NCBI GenBank assembly: GCA_963771465.1
Contig: CAVYTU010000013.1
Location: 224,001 to 288,000 of the forward strand
Source: an uncultured delta proteobacterium
GTDB lineage: Bacteria; Desulfobacterota; Binatia; UBA9968
Reading direction: 5' to 3'
Length of the DNA stretch: 64,000 nt
This document shows positions 49,495-60,271 of the stretch, piece by piece. Position 1 is the first letter of the stretch. Every line of letters begins with the position of its first letter. The position numbers and the translations under genes are program-made. The notes under the pieces were generated by a model. That model was not told the origin of the DNA. It saw nothing but the letters and a program-made list of their open reading frames with translations, and searched no databases.

Positions 49495-51579
49495 CTACGT
49501 CGCATAGAACATTCCCGCCTCAAGTCCAAAGCGCAGATATTCGTCCAGACGGATCTGCAAATTGGTTTGCCGTTGAGGCGCGAACAAATCGTGAAATGCG
49601 CCCATCTCCGACTCGTCATCGGCGCCGGTGGAAATTTCTTTGGGCGCGAAGGAAGCCAATTGGCCGTAGCCGGGTTGACCGTAGCGAAGACTGGTGAAGG
49701 CCGGCCTGACGCGCGCTTGCACCGCTACGGTCATCGCCAATTGCGCCGCTGGGCTAAGACTTCCCTTGGGCTTGTCCGCCGCCGCGATCGCATAGTTGAC
49801 GGCGAGATCCGGCTGGCAGCGATAGCGGCGCGGCACAATCGAATCCAGCGGCAGGATGGAAAAGCGCACGCAGCCCTGTTGGTTCTGATCTGAAATCACC
49901 GCTTGGCTCCAACCATCGCCCGGCGAGCGGGACGCGTGGAAAATCACGTTGGATGCTAAATCCATGCGCGCCGAATGGACTCTGCCGATCACCGTGGAGT
50001 TGGTGATGGCCAGTTTTCCGCCGGGAGAGATTTCATCAGCATGGGAAAAGGCTATCCGTGTCGGCGCCGTCGCATCGATGAGAGAATTGTTGATTTTGAA
50101 TTGAGCTGAGCCATCCGCGCGGATCGCGCCGACGATGCAATGATCGATTTCAACCACGGTGTCAGGCGCGGCGATGATCAGTGCCGGCTGATCCGGCGAT
50201 ACCGGTGCACCGGCGCGCGTGAGCGCCAGACCCGGCACGAGCGTGCAATGGCGCAAGCGCAGCAGCCGCGGTCCCGAACCGCTGCCGGGTGCAACACGCA
50301 GAACGCCGCCGCTGATCAGCAAACCGTTGAGGGTCAACTCCGCGCTCGGGTTGAGCACGACGTTGAGGTCGCCGCTCAATACCCAGGTTGGCCGCCGTTC
50401 ATTGACGGCGCGGATTTCGATATTGGCTGCGGCATTAGCCGTTAGCGTCGGCGTCGTTTCGTAGCGGCCGCTGCTGGCGATTTCGACCACGCCGCCGTTG
50501 GCCACCGAGTTAAACGCGCTCTGAAGATTGCCGCCGTCAGCCACCGTCACGTTGGCCGGACCGGCGATGGCAAAACTGTCGGCGCGCTCGTATTCGCCGC
50601 CGCCGAGCGCCATGCTGAAACCGTATTGAAAAGTTACGCGTAAATTCTGCGGCGGCGCGCCGGGCGGGAAGGCGATGCGGCCGAGCACCGGATCGAGAGA
50701 AATCTTGGTCACCGGCAAATGGGCCCAGCTCGCCCCATGATCGGCAAGATTACAGATGCGAATATTATCCACGCCGGTATCGACGCCGTCGGCTTCGATA
50801 AACAAGCTCAACTGCCGGCCGTAATAACGTTTGAGCTGGCTCTGCAGCACGCGCCGGCTGATCGGCGCCGGCACATTGATCGGCTCGGCGAGATGGCTGA
50901 TGTCGGTTTCACTTTCCGGACGAGTGAACAGTTGCAGATCATTGCCCAAGGGGCTGAACATGAAACGTTCGGCGTCGATGCGAAACGCCGGCGAACGGCT
51001 GAGCGAAAAGGCATCGAGGCGCCAGAGAAACAGTCCGACGTTGGGAATATTGTGACGGCCTTTCTGACTTTCGATACGCCGCGTGTCGACCGAATGAGCC
51101 ATCGTGTCGAAGGCGGTGCCGAGGTTTTCCAGTGCATGCCATCGGCGCAAATCGGGTGTGCCGGCGTGCGCCAAGCGGATATGGTTCATGTGCTGGCAGG
51201 TTCCGAGCCACTGGAAAAATTCCACCGCGCGGGCGTTCCAGCCGGTGACATCGCGCGCCAATTGCTCGAGCATGGTCGCGGTGCCTTTGCGGCGCCGATA
51301 GGCGATCGTGTTGGCGACTTCGGCGCGAGCGCTGACGGTGCGCTCGGTGACGCCATGAATCGGCCGATAGCCGATCAGATCGCCGATATACGGCGCCACC
51401 CATTGGGCGCAGGTCTCGATGAACTGGTCGTCGTACAGCTGGTCGATATTTTCGCGCAGCACCGCGATCTCTTCGGCGATCACGGCGCATAACGCGCGCA
51501 GCGGGTCGCCCTGTTGAGCATCGCGAATCCGATAGAGCGCCGGCAATAGATGGTAAAGTTTTTCCGCTTCGGGATTCAT
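49495..51579 (-). CDS. eCIS baseplate wedge / phage tail protein (gp7/P2-I-like)
   Basis: LY.LLPA.YR.RD, FIETC..W..PYIGDL, RRRKGT..LE.LA, EMGAFH. Confidence 0.88.
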   Translation of the reverse strand: MNPEAEKLYHLLPALYRIRDAQQGDPLRALCAVIAEEIAVLRENIDQLYDDQFIETCAQWVAPYIGDLIGYRPIHGVTERTVSARAEVANTIAYRRRKGTATMLEQLARDVTGWNARAVEFFQWLGTCQHMNHIRLAHAGTPDLRRWHALENLGTAFDTMAHSVDTRRIESQKGRHNIPNVGLFLWRLDAFSLSRSPAFRIDAERFMFSPLGNDLQLFTRPESETDISHLAEPINVPAPISRRVLQSQLKRYYGRQLSLFIEADGVDTGVDNIRICNLADHGASWAHLPVTKISLDPVLGRIAFPPGAPPQNLRVTFQYGFSMALGGGEYERADSFAIAGPANVTVADGGNLQSAFNSVANGGVVEIASSGRYETTPTLTANAAANIEIRAVNERRPTWVLSGDLNVVLNPSAELTLNGLLISGGVLRVAPGSGSGPRLLRLRHCTLVPGLALTRAGAPVSPDQPALIIAAPDTVVEIDHCIVGAIRADGSAQFKINNSLIDATAPTRIAFSHADEISPGGKLAITNSTVIGRVHSARMDLASNVIFHASRSPGDGWSQAVISDQNQQGCVRFSILPLDSIVPRRYRCQPDLAVNYAIAAADKPKGSLSPAAQLAMTVAVQARVRPAFTSLRYGQPGYGQLASFAPKEISTGADDESEMGAFHDLFAPQRQTNLQIRLDEYLRFGLEAGMFYAT

Positions 51580-54347
51580 TGGACTCCACTCAATTGGTTA
51601 AGCGAACTTTCATCGAGCAGCAAAAGCTCGGCGCTCTCCACCAAGCCGTCGGCGCCCATGGCCGGCTGCTTGGCGATGAGACGAGCCTGCGACGGCGGTT
51701 CGGTGTCATCGTTGCGGTAAAAATTGTCGATATCGACGGCGATGACACCGGCAACGGATTGAATGACGGCGATCACTTCGCTCAACGCCACCGGCTGGCC
51801 GAACTGCCGCACCTCGAACGCATAAGCGCTGCGCAACGCGGCGTTAACCGCGCCCATCACCGTGGCCAGGACATGATCGGAATCGATCGTCACCTTGCCG
51901 TGGGCTTGAAACAACACCTTGCGAAAATTCTTAATCGCAAAGGCGACGTAAGGATCGCCGTAGGTTCTGAGCGCGTCTTTGAGCTGGGTGATGACGGCGC
52001 CTTGTTCGTCGAGATCGGCGCCGTCGGGACCGGCGACGGTGATGAACACCACGCGCTTGCGGCCGTCCCAGACCCACACCGCTTGCGCCTTGGCGACGCC
52101 GGCGAAGGTGCGCGTGAAGTCTTCATAATCTTGCAGCGATACGGCACGATCGAGAGTCAACACCGTGAGCGGCGCGTTTTTGCGCGCGTCGTCGCGCGAT
52201 TCGGCGTCCTCGGCCCCTTGTGAGGCTTCCGGGTTGACGACTTCTTTCAATCCCAGGGGACGCGACACTAGCTGGCTGATCTGTTGAGCGTCGACGAGAC
52301 CGGCGCTGCCGCTGCCCTTGCGGTATTCGGCGCGGACGTTGTTTTGTCCGGTGGGCAGGCGCGCGCCGCTGATACCGTCGCCGAATTGAATCGTGGTTTT
52401 GCCGTCATCGTCGCGCCGCGCCACGTAGAGATGCTCGTCGGCGCCGCGCCCGTAGAAAAACGGCGCCTCATGCCATAGCACATCGTTGACGTAAATTTTG
52501 AGCGTCGACGCCGAACCGCTCGGCGTGTCCGCGCTGACATAGGTGAGCGGCGGCTGGCGCAGCGTGAATCTTTGAAAAGGGATTGTCGCGTCGCCGCTGC
52601 CGAGAACTTCCTTGACGCTTTCACCGTGGGTCGCGGCGGCGACGTTGGCGTTGAGCCGCACCGTGGCGCGCTCGTAAACGTAAGCCAACGGCTCGGCCAA
52701 CTGAATCGTCGTGCGGTCGCGGTCATCGGTCACGGCGGTCGTCGGTTCATCGTCGATGAATGCGATCTCGCTGACGCTGTCGTCGTTGGCGCCGGCCGGT
52801 TCGAGGTTGAATGCGATGGGTAATAAATTGATCGTGCCGGCCACGCCGTCGCGGTCAATTAACTCAAAGCGCAACAACGGCGCCGGGCTGTCGTTCAATA
52901 CCGCGTCAAACTCCGCCGGCGTCAGCGCGTGCGCTACGCCGCCGATCATTTTTTCCGGCGGCTTGGCGATGGTGAGAACATCGTCGGCCTCCAGCAGGCG
53001 CGAACCGCCGGCGCTGAGAATTAAAACGGGATTGAGCGCCTTTTCGCTGATGCGCAGCCGCTGGCGCTTGCCGGTTACCGCGATGGGCCGCCCGGCGACG
53101 AGCCCTTCAACGCGCACATCGAGCGCCAGCTCGGTGCCGTAGACGGGGTAGGTGAGCGGACGCTTGGCGATCGCCAGTTCTTCGCTCTGCGCTGCGATCG
53201 TCATGCCGCGCAGCAGCGCGAGATCGGCGCCGTCATGCTTCACCCATGGCGTGCTTAAGCTCAGGCGCGTGCCGTTGCCTGCGATGCCGTACTTGGCGAG
53301 CGAGAGATGGCTGACGCTGTCCACCTTGGAAAAGATCCACTGCCGAGACGTGCCGGCGGCATTGTCCTGTTCGATCACCAGCCAACTGCCGGCGAGAATT
53401 TTCTCGTGGCGCGCGCTCAAAGTGATTTTGCCGACAGGTTCATCGTGCAGCGCCCACTCGGTAAAACTATTCAGGAATATGCCGTCTTTGTAATCCGGCT
53501 TCTTCGGCGCGTTGTGACCGAAAGGCGACGCCGACGTGCGCATCACCCAAACGCCGGGCTTATCGGCGGTCACGGTGACCGCTGCCGATGAAATCGCCAC
53601 CAGATTCACTTTCGTACGATTGGCGTCGGCGTCGGGCTCAATTTTGCTGACGCGCCGAAGCGAGGCCTGCTTAATGGCGCCTGCGGCGGCGATGATCAGC
53701 AACGAATCGCCGATGTTTAAATTCAGGCCCGCTCCTTCAAGCCACGCCTCGGTGCTGTTCCAGGCTAAAGCTTGCGCTTCGGTCAGCTGCGCGGCGATGG
53801 CGTTCCATTGGTGGCGCGCGGTGATTTCTTCGCTGGTTTCAAAAGTTTGCGCTTCTTCATCCGGTCCCGGTACGCTTTGCGCCTTGGTGCCGATGGCAAG
53901 AGTCAATGACCGCGCCGCCAGTTGCGGCGCACCGGGAGAATCCTCCAGGGTAAACGCAAGATGGGTGCTGGCCGCCAGGCCGGGCGCCAGTTGATAACCG
54001 ATCAGGCGCGCCTGTTCGAGGATCGACAAGCGCTCGTTCGCCGTGCGCAAATAGGACTCGTTGGCGATGCGTTCTTGATAGAAGCTCAGCACGTCGCCAA
54101 CCACCGCCCAGGCGTCGAGCAAGGCGACGGTAAAATCGTCCGGCTCGCGGCTTCGAAGCTGACCCAGCGCCGGCCACCGCGTGTCCGAAAGCCGCGCCAG
54201 CATGCTGCGTTTAAACGTCGCATGGGTTCCGACCCGATAGGCGAGGGCGGCCAGTCCTGGCCGGCTGCTGAGCGCTAGTGGCGTTTGCACAGCGACGCCG
54301 GCGCAACAGGCGCAATCATTTAAATCGATGTGCGTGAATGGACTCAT
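51576..54347 (-). CDS. eCIS baseplate assembly protein (J/gp6-like)
   Basis: YRVGTH..F, LSFYQERIANE.YL.TA, FGDG..GARLP.G, RAVS..DYE. Confidence 0.9.
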   Translation of the reverse strand: MSPFTHIDLNDCACCAGVAVQTPLALSSRPGLAALAYRVGTHATFKRSMLARLSDTRWPALGQLRSREPDDFTVALLDAWAVVGDVLSFYQERIANESYLRTANERLSILEQARLIGYQLAPGLAASTHLAFTLEDSPGAPQLAARSLTLAIGTKAQSVPGPDEEAQTFETSEEITARHQWNAIAAQLTEAQALAWNSTEAWLEGAGLNLNIGDSLLIIAAAGAIKQASLRRVSKIEPDADANRTKVNLVAISSAAVTVTADKPGVWVMRTSASPFGHNAPKKPDYKDGIFLNSFTEWALHDEPVGKITLSARHEKILAGSWLVIEQDNAAGTSRQWIFSKVDSVSHLSLAKYGIAGNGTRLSLSTPWVKHDGADLALLRGMTIAAQSEELAIAKRPLTYPVYGTELALDVRVEGLVAGRPIAVTGKRQRLRISEKALNPVLILSAGGSRLLEADDVLTIAKPPEKMIGGVAHALTPAEFDAVLNDSPAPLLRFELIDRDGVAGTINLLPIAFNLEPAGANDDSVSEIAFIDDEPTTAVTDDRDRTTIQLAEPLAYVYERATVRLNANVAAATHGESVKEVLGSGDATIPFQRFTLRQPPLTYVSADTPSGSASTLKIYVNDVLWHEAPFFYGRGADEHLYVARRDDDGKTTIQFGDGISGARLPTGQNNVRAEYRKGSGSAGLVDAQQISQLVSRPLGLKEVVNPEASQGAEDAESRDDARKNAPLTVLTLDRAVSLQDYEDFTRTFAGVAKAQAVWVWDGRKRVVFITVAGPDGADLDEQGAVITQLKDALRTYGDPYVAFAIKNFRKVLFQAHGKVTIDSDHVLATVMGAVNAALRSAYAFEVRQFGQPVALSEVIAVIQSVAGVIAVDIDNFYRNDDTEPPSQARLIAKQPAMGADGLVESAELLLLDESSLNQLSGVQ

Positions 54348-56827
54348 TTGCCGCCCCCAAGCGAGATCGTCAGCACGCCGTGCTCGGCAAAATTTCGATC
54401 GTTATCCAAGCGCGCGATTTCCAGGCGGCCGATATCGAGACGGCCGCTCGCCAGCGCCGCGTTGCTGGGAAAACCCAAGCGCTGGAACTTGCGCACTTCC
54501 ACCGACTCGACGCCGGCGACCTGATGCGCCGCGGCGTAAATCGCGCTCAGATAGACCGGTTGATCGAAGGTGAAATTGTCCGGATGAAACAGGCCGCGCC
54601 GGTCGTCGGCGAGCTCGCGGTTGCTGAGCGCCTCTAACACCTCGCGCTCCACGTCGCTGCGAAAATGATCCGCCGCGACACACAAGAACAGATCGATTTC
54701 CAGGGCGACGAACTGGGGACCGTCGACTTCGAGATCGTGGCCGGCCATGCGATAACGCTCGACGTGGGCGCGCATGCCGGATTCAAATTCGTCGCTGACC
54801 GCCAGGCCGGCGTGGCGATCGACGGTGAGAAATACCGTGTGCCAGCTGCCGGTCCAACGAAAGGTCGCCGCGGCGCGCTGGACTTCGGTGTGGCGCTCGG
54901 TCACTTCGGCATAATCGGCCTCCGTCACGGCACGTTCCAACACTCGATAAGCCACCGGCGCGCGTTGGCGCACGTCTTCGAGGGATTCCGGGTCCCGCCC
55001 GCCGCGCGCCGGCAGTGGATTACGCAATGAAACAATCTGCGCAATGTTGGCTGCGATATGAACCAAGCTATCCGCGCCAATGTTGCCGGTCTTACCGTTG
55101 CCGACACGATACGTCGCCGAGAAAGCCGTGTCGGGTTCGGGACGCTTGCCTTGACGATCGTCACCGAAGCGCAGCCTGACGCCGCCGTCGTTGTCGATCT
55201 CGGCGACAAACTCTTCTGCCGCCGCGCTGCTGTTGAGCAGATCGCGGCGCGCGCGCCATGTTGCCGTCGTGCTGGCAAGCGTGCTGGTGAGCGTGATCGA
55301 GGGTTGGACATCGCGCTGAGACCACTGCATGGCGGCGCGCGCCGAATGAGTGTGATCATAGGGCGGCGCGGCATGAGTCAAGGGCGCTTTTTCAAGCCGG
55401 GGACGAAAGCGCGGAAAAATCGGTTGAGGTTTTTCCGCGGTGCAGCGATCGCCATCAGGCGCCGGCAGTTTAAACAAGTAAGGCTCCGGCACGCTGCCAA
55501 GTGCTTCGTTGCGGCGCGTCAGTCCGTGGTCGGCCAGCACGAGATTGCCGCGTGCTACGCTCACCTGCGCTTTGTAGCCGGTTTTGGTTTTCGCCGAGAG
55601 ACAAAATGGCAACGGCAAGCTATCCTCGGCGCTCCAACTAATCTCGGTAATCGCCGCGCCGGTGACCGGGTCGGTCAAAGCAGAATTGTCCGGCGCGGTA
55701 AACAGCACCGTCGCAAGTCTGACGACGTGGCGGCGGGTCGGATCGGCGTCGGCGGCGCTGCCGGTTTCAGGGCCGAGCACTTCTTCAAATAATAGGATGG
55801 TTCCCGGCGTGAGATTGGCATGGTGGCCGTCAAGCGTTGCGCGGGTGGCGCCTTTGGGCAGGCAACAACGCTGATCGCTCCAGTTGTAAAAATGCAGCTC
55901 GTTGTGATCGACGAAAAGTTTGTCGACGTCTTCCATCGATTCAAAACCGATTTCGGCTCGGTCGTAGACGCGCGGGTCGTCGGCGATTAGCGTCGACTGG
56001 CCGGCAATGCGCGTGAAAAATTTCATTCCCTTGGCGATCACCGGCGCGCCTGCAACTGGGCTGACCGCGTCTTGGCTGACACGGAAAAATATCCAAGTCC
56101 GCGCATTGGCGCCCTCGCTCATAAAATAATCCATCAAGCGCGCATGGCGGCGAATCGAAATGCGCTGGCGCGCCGTGCCGAGATAGGCCTCGGTGGCGAC
56201 CGCGTCCTGCTGATAGCTCAGCAAGTCGGCGCTGTAGGCGAGCGCTTCCACCAGGGCAACGCCGAGATCGGCTGGGTTGCGTTCTCTCCACGCCGGCATC
56301 AACGCCGCCATACGATCGAGCATCAGGCGGCGAAAGCTGGCGTAGTCCTTGGCCAGATAATCGATCTCGGGCCGAGGCTCCGGCTCGGCGGGACAAAGAT
56401 GACGCGGTGCGCAGTCGAATGGACTGGGGCATTCGACTTTGAAGGAAAATTCGACGGCGGCGAGCTGGGGATCGACGGTGTCGGGCACGTCGTCGTCAAG
56501 CGTGTCCTTGACCAGCCGCAATCGATAAAAAGAAAAATCGCCGGGACGGTCGACCTCGACGGTCAACACATGAGCGCTGGCGCCGCTGCCGGCGCTGGTG
56601 CCGAGTACTTTGATATTCTGTATCCGCTCGCCGCCCTCGATCAGGATATTTTTCGGCGCTAACACCAGCGCGCCGAGGGCTTTGACAAAATGCACGGTGA
56701 GAAAGCGCTGCCGATCGGCCGGGTTGGCGGCGGCGCGGTCGATGACTTCGAGGAAGTCGATGCCGTTCCAGTCGGCAGCCTGGCGCACCACGGTGCGACG
56801 CAGCTCATCGCAGCAAGAATAAATCAT
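54344..56827 (-). CDS. eCIS baseplate assembly protein (J/gp6-like)
   Basis: IDYLAKDY.SFR, SY.QDA.ATEAYL.TAR, FGD...G..P, RAVT..DY. Confidence 0.9.
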   Translation of the reverse strand: MIYSCCDELRRTVVRQAADWNGIDFLEVIDRAAANPADRQRFLTVHFVKALGALVLAPKNILIEGGERIQNIKVLGTSAGSGASAHVLTVEVDRPGDFSFYRLRLVKDTLDDDVPDTVDPQLAAVEFSFKVECPSPFDCAPRHLCPAEPEPRPEIDYLAKDYASFRRLMLDRMAALMPAWRERNPADLGVALVEALAYSADLLSYQQDAVATEAYLGTARQRISIRRHARLMDYFMSEGANARTWIFFRVSQDAVSPVAGAPVIAKGMKFFTRIAGQSTLIADDPRVYDRAEIGFESMEDVDKLFVDHNELHFYNWSDQRCCLPKGATRATLDGHHANLTPGTILLFEEVLGPETGSAADADPTRRHVVRLATVLFTAPDNSALTDPVTGAAITEISWSAEDSLPLPFCLSAKTKTGYKAQVSVARGNLVLADHGLTRRNEALGSVPEPYLFKLPAPDGDRCTAEKPQPIFPRFRPRLEKAPLTHAAPPYDHTHSARAAMQWSQRDVQPSITLTSTLASTTATWRARRDLLNSSAAAEEFVAEIDNDGGVRLRFGDDRQGKRPEPDTAFSATYRVGNGKTGNIGADSLVHIAANIAQIVSLRNPLPARGGRDPESLEDVRQRAPVAYRVLERAVTEADYAEVTERHTEVQRAAATFRWTGSWHTVFLTVDRHAGLAVSDEFESGMRAHVERYRMAGHDLEVDGPQFVALEIDLFLCVAADHFRSDVEREVLEALSNRELADDRRGLFHPDNFTFDQPVYLSAIYAAAHQVAGVESVEVRKFQRLGFPSNAALASGRLDIGRLEIARLDNDRNFAEHGVLTISLGGGK

Positions 56828-57189
56828 GCCGGCGCTCCGTGCACGAAAGTCTGAGTCTCGCGCGCGCCGCTTCGGCGCACGATGTATTTCACCGTGATCT
56901 CAAAGATAGCTTCTTCGGCGCGCACGTCGAGGGATTCAACGATGATCAGGTCGCCGAGCCACTGCTGCAGGGCAGCCTGCGCCAACATTTGCGTGGTGGC
57001 GGCGAGCTCGACGCTGTTGGGCGCAAAGACCAACTGCAACAGACCGCTGCCAAAGCTCGGCCGCATGACTCTTTCACCGGGACTGGTGAGCAGCACTTGA
57101 TAGATCAGATCGCGGATGTGATCGGCGTCGTCGGTGGACGCGCTGCGGCCGCGCTCATCGTAGTGAAATGGAAAATCTAGATTGGCCAT
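56824..57189 (-). CDS. gp25/GpW family baseplate protein
   Basis: LLTSPGERVMRPSFGSGL..LVF.P. Confidence 0.93.
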   Translation of the reverse strand: MANLDFPFHYDERGRSASTDDADHIRDLIYQVLLTSPGERVMRPSFGSGLLQLVFAPNSVELAATTQMLAQAALQQWLGDLIIVESLDVRAEEAIFEITVKYIVRRSGARETQTFVHGAPA

Positions 57190-57192
57190 GGT

Positions 57193-57516
57193 TTACATCC
57201 CCGTCACTCTAATTTGCGTCACCGCCGGGATCAGCGGCGTGCCCGTCGGCGCGCAGATCGCTTGGCTGTCGAGCAACAAGAGCGGCACGCCGTTACTGAG
57301 CACGCGGGTCGCCGAGGTCACGTACTGCGCGGTCACGCACGGCCCGTTGGCGCCCGGCGGTGGCGGCAAGGTGCAACCGGCGATGGCATAGACGCTGTTC
57401 AGCGGCACCACCGGTTGGCCGCTTACCAGCACGCGCGGATTCGGCGCTGTCGGCGTCGCCTGACCGAGGTGCGCACAGGTGATAACCGCGCCGAGATGAA
57501 GCAAAGGTCCGGGCAT
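57193..57516 (-). CDS. PAAR-like (DUF4280-type) spike tip protein
   Basis: C.H.G, RV...GQP, GPC, C.PTG; located between gp5 and gp25. Confidence 0.8.
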   Translation of the reverse strand: MPGPLLHLGAVITCAHLGQATPTAPNPRVLVSGQPVVPLNSVYAIAGCTLPPPPGANGPCVTAQYVTSATRVLSNGVPLLLLDSQAICAPTGTPLIPAVTQIRVTGM

Positions 57517-57529
57517 GAGGCGTATTCCT

Positions 57530-58090
57530 CTAAATAATCGTCAGCGCGCCGTTGTTGATCGTGATGGTCGGCCCGACCATCATGATCGTCGCGCCTTTGC
57601 CGTTGGAGATGAAAACTCCGGCGTCATTAACCACGATGGATGCGCCGGTGGTGCTTCGTAGCGTGATGCCTCCGGTAACCGGCGCCGGCGGCGGCAGCAC
57701 CGGCGGCGGCACCGCCGGCGCCATGTCGCTGATGATGATGGCGTTCTGCAATAGAGACTGAATGACAATATTCGGATCGGCCGGATTGCCCAGTTGCGCG
57801 ACGAGAGGAATATCGGACTGCGCGCCCCAGCGGCAGCCGACCCAAATCGGGTAGTCGGGATCGCCATGCTCGAACTCGACCCAAACTCCAGCGCCGATGG
57901 GCGGCACCATATAAACACCCATGGGCGGCCCGGTGGGCCCGGCCAGCGCCACGCAAGGCTCGGCCCAAGTCGTCGGCAAGAGCGACAAGACATCGGGCAC
58001 GATCAACATCAAGCGGCCGCGCCGTTCCGGGTCGACGTTGTTGAGCACGGTGCCGCGGTATTTGCCCCAGTATTTTTTATCTTCGCTCAT
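57530..58090 (-). CDS. gp5/baseplate protein V (OB-fold plus short beta-spike)
   Basis: GKYRG.V..N.DP..RGR...VP, P..GA.VWVEFE.GD...PIW.G; real start at 58090. Confidence 0.9.
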   Translation of the reverse strand: MSEDKKYWGKYRGTVLNNVDPERRGRLMLIVPDVLSLLPTTWAEPCVALAGPTGPPMGVYMVPPIGAGVWVEFEHGDPDYPIWVGCRWGAQSDIPLVAQLGNPADPNIVIQSLLQNAIIISDMAPAVPPPVLPPPAPVTGGITLRSTTGASIVVNDAGVFISNGKGATIMMVGPTITINNGALTII

Positions 58091-59214
58091 GTCATCACCC
58101 GTGGTGTGTTGGAGATCAGACCGTCGCGCGACAGTTGAAAGCTCTGCTTGTACTCGCCGCGCTTGATGTTGTGGGTGACGCTGTTGACGTAATACAGGCC
58201 GTCGTAAGCGATCCCCGCGCCGCGCACGCCGGCGAGCATGCGTGAACGCAGCACATGGCCGTAGCGCAGCACGTCCAAGCTCCCCGATGCCGTGATCGCG
58301 TCCGAATTGTTCATCAGAAAACCCAAAATGCCTTTGGCCGCTTCGTCGGGCCGTTCTTTGGCGACGTCCTTGGCAAACTCGATTTTCGCCGGCGCCGTCG
58401 GGCGCGCGCCCAGCGGCGGCTTGAAGGCATTGATATTCGGCACCGGGATGGGAATTGGAATTTTCTTGGTGATCGGGTCCATCACCGTGTAGATGCGTAC
58501 CTTCTTGGCCATGCCGTCGAGGCTGAAGCTCAACGACTCGACGTTGGTATGCGCGTCCATGTTGACGTTGAGCGCCGGCTGGGGCACGGGAAGGCGAATA
58601 TCGGGTCCGAAGTAGGCGATGCTTTGCATCGGCAACGGCCCCGGTTCGACGTAAAAGACGTAGCCGCACTGCTGCGCCAGCCGTTGAATGAAGGCACGGT
58701 CGGTCATCAGCGGCTGACTCTTGATCTTGGTGGTCGGAATATCGATCACAGAGATAATCGGTGGAATCACCAGCGGCACGATGCCTAACGCGAGATAGGG
58801 CGCGAGCACGGCGGTGATCTTGACGTTGTCGGGTATCGCGGGAAGCGGTTTGGGCAGCTCGACCAAATCCATCAGCACACTGAGATCTTCGCCGGTCACC
58901 GTGACCTTCGACTTGCCCGGCTCGTTGGCGGGCGACACTTCCTGCTGGGTAATGACGCCATCCATTAAAACGTTGGGCAACCCATGCAGCGTGACCATGA
59001 TGACCACGCGCGTGACGATGGGATCCAAATAGCCGGCCGGCAACAGGGTGGTCAGCAACGGCGCCGACTTGCCGGTGGTGAACGCTATTTGAAAGCCGGC
59101 GCGATCCGTGCCGCTGGTGACCTGCACACTCTCGATGGCGTCGAGCACGCTGCGCGGCACCGGCAACGGCAGTCCCGGACCGATCATCACGGTAAGTTGG
59201 ATGCCGTCAGCCAT
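58087..59214 (-). CDS. gp27-like baseplate hub (N-terminal half of a split VgrG)
   Basis: TD..F...LA...GYVFYV, 'A.G.LD...YG.VL', 'GLYYV.SVTH'. Confidence 0.85.
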   Translation of the reverse strand: MADGIQLTVMIGPGLPLPVPRSVLDAIESVQVTSGTDRAGFQIAFTTGKSAPLLTTLLPAGYLDPIVTRVVIMVTLHGLPNVLMDGVITQQEVSPANEPGKSKVTVTGEDLSVLMDLVELPKPLPAIPDNVKITAVLAPYLALGIVPLVIPPIISVIDIPTTKIKSQPLMTDRAFIQRLAQQCGYVFYVEPGPLPMQSIAYFGPDIRLPVPQPALNVNMDAHTNVESLSFSLDGMAKKVRIYTVMDPITKKIPIPIPVPNINAFKPPLGARPTAPAKIEFAKDVAKERPDEAAKGILGFLMNNSDAITASGSLDVLRYGHVLRSRMLAGVRGAGIAYDGLYYVNSVTHNIKRGEYKQSFQLSRDGLISNTPRVMT

Positions 59215-59578
59215 CCGTAACTCCCGGCACGCCCGCGGGCAGAGTGATGCGCAGCCGGCGACCGATGGTTTCGGTCAGCTCGTCGGGACGCATGGCGCCG
59301 TTGGCATCGCAAAGCCGCCAATAGAGTTCGGCATCGCCGAAATGCGTCGAGGCGAGATTATCGAGCCGGTCGCCGGAAACCACGCTATGTTCGCTCACCG
59401 GAGCGAGCTGCTCCGGCGCCGGCGCGAAGCGCCGTTTCAAGTACGGGATCATCCGGCCGTCGGCCGTTAACAACGTCACCGTCGCCGTCGCGTAATAGCG
59501 GCTGTTGACGGCGAAGCGCGGCACGTTGCCGGCGCCCTGGGCTAAAATCATTTCGAGCTGTTTTTGCGGATCGCTCAT
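59207..59578 (-). CDS. LysM-domain baseplate protein
   Basis: H.V..GDRLD.LA...GD..LYWRLCDAN. Confidence 0.88.
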   Translation of the reverse strand: MSDPQKQLEMILAQGAGNVPRFAVNSRYYATATVTLLTADGRMIPYLKRRFAPAPEQLAPVSEHSVVSGDRLDNLASTHFGDAELYWRLCDANGAMRPDELTETIGRRLRITLPAGVPGVTDG

Positions 59579-60231
59579 GGGATGCCTCCGATGCCGAGCG
59601 TGGCGAAGCTGCCGCTGGCGACTTTCGCCGCCAACTGTTCTTTGTTTTGCAGGTAACTGATGAACAGGCTGCCGCCTTTATGTTGGAAGCCGAGATCGTC
59701 GACGCTCAACACGCGCATGCCGAGACTCACTTTGGCGCGGGTCGGATTGAGCGCCGGATCGAACGCTTCTTCGGTGATGCTGAAATCGGTAACGCGCACG
59801 GGAACGATGCGCTGCTTGCTCCAAACAAAAAGCGCCAGCGCCGCTTCCAGCGGGGCGATTTCCAAAATGCCGGATTGGGCGAGTTGATTATTACTGTTCA
59901 GTTGACCGCTGCTCGGCTGAACCAAGGATTCCAACAGCGCCAGTTGCGGCTGGATGCCGTGCTCGACGGCATTCTGATTCTGCTCGGGAAATTCCAATTG
60001 ATCGGTGGCGTCGATCTCGGCGTCGAGCTTGATCGTCTCCACCGCCGGACCTTTCAAACGCAACGCTTCCGAACGATCGCCGCCCTCGCCGGTTCCCTGG
60101 ACTTGCAAAGTACGGCTCAACGACTCGGGATTGTATTGCAGCGAGATGATGCGTAGAACCTGCGCCGACTGCGGGTCGATCAACACGATGCCGCCTTTGA
60201 TCAGTTTCGGCGAGTTGGGAAACGTCGTCAT
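59575..60231 (-). CDS. eCIS tube initiator-like protein (Afp7/gp48-like N-terminal domain)
   Basis: QYNPE.L.R, F.W...R.VPV.V....ITEE.FD..L.P.RA.V.L. Confidence 0.82.
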   Translation of the reverse strand: MTTFPNSPKLIKGGIVLIDPQSAQVLRIISLQYNPESLSRTLQVQGTGEGGDRSEALRLKGPAVETIKLDAEIDATDQLEFPEQNQNAVEHGIQPQLALLESLVQPSSGQLNSNNQLAQSGILEIAPLEAALALFVWSKQRIVPVRVTDFSITEEAFDPALNPTRAKVSLGMRVLSVDDLGFQHKGGSLFISYLQNKEQLAAKVASGSFATLGIGGIP

Positions 60232-60271
60232 GAAAATCTCTCACTTCCAGATTCGGCCATGTCGTCAAGTT

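Noticed and set aside
57530-58669. 379-aa version of the gp5 ORF
   Set aside because: The N-terminal extension overlaps the gp27-like gene out of frame; the true start is 58090 (ATGA overlap)
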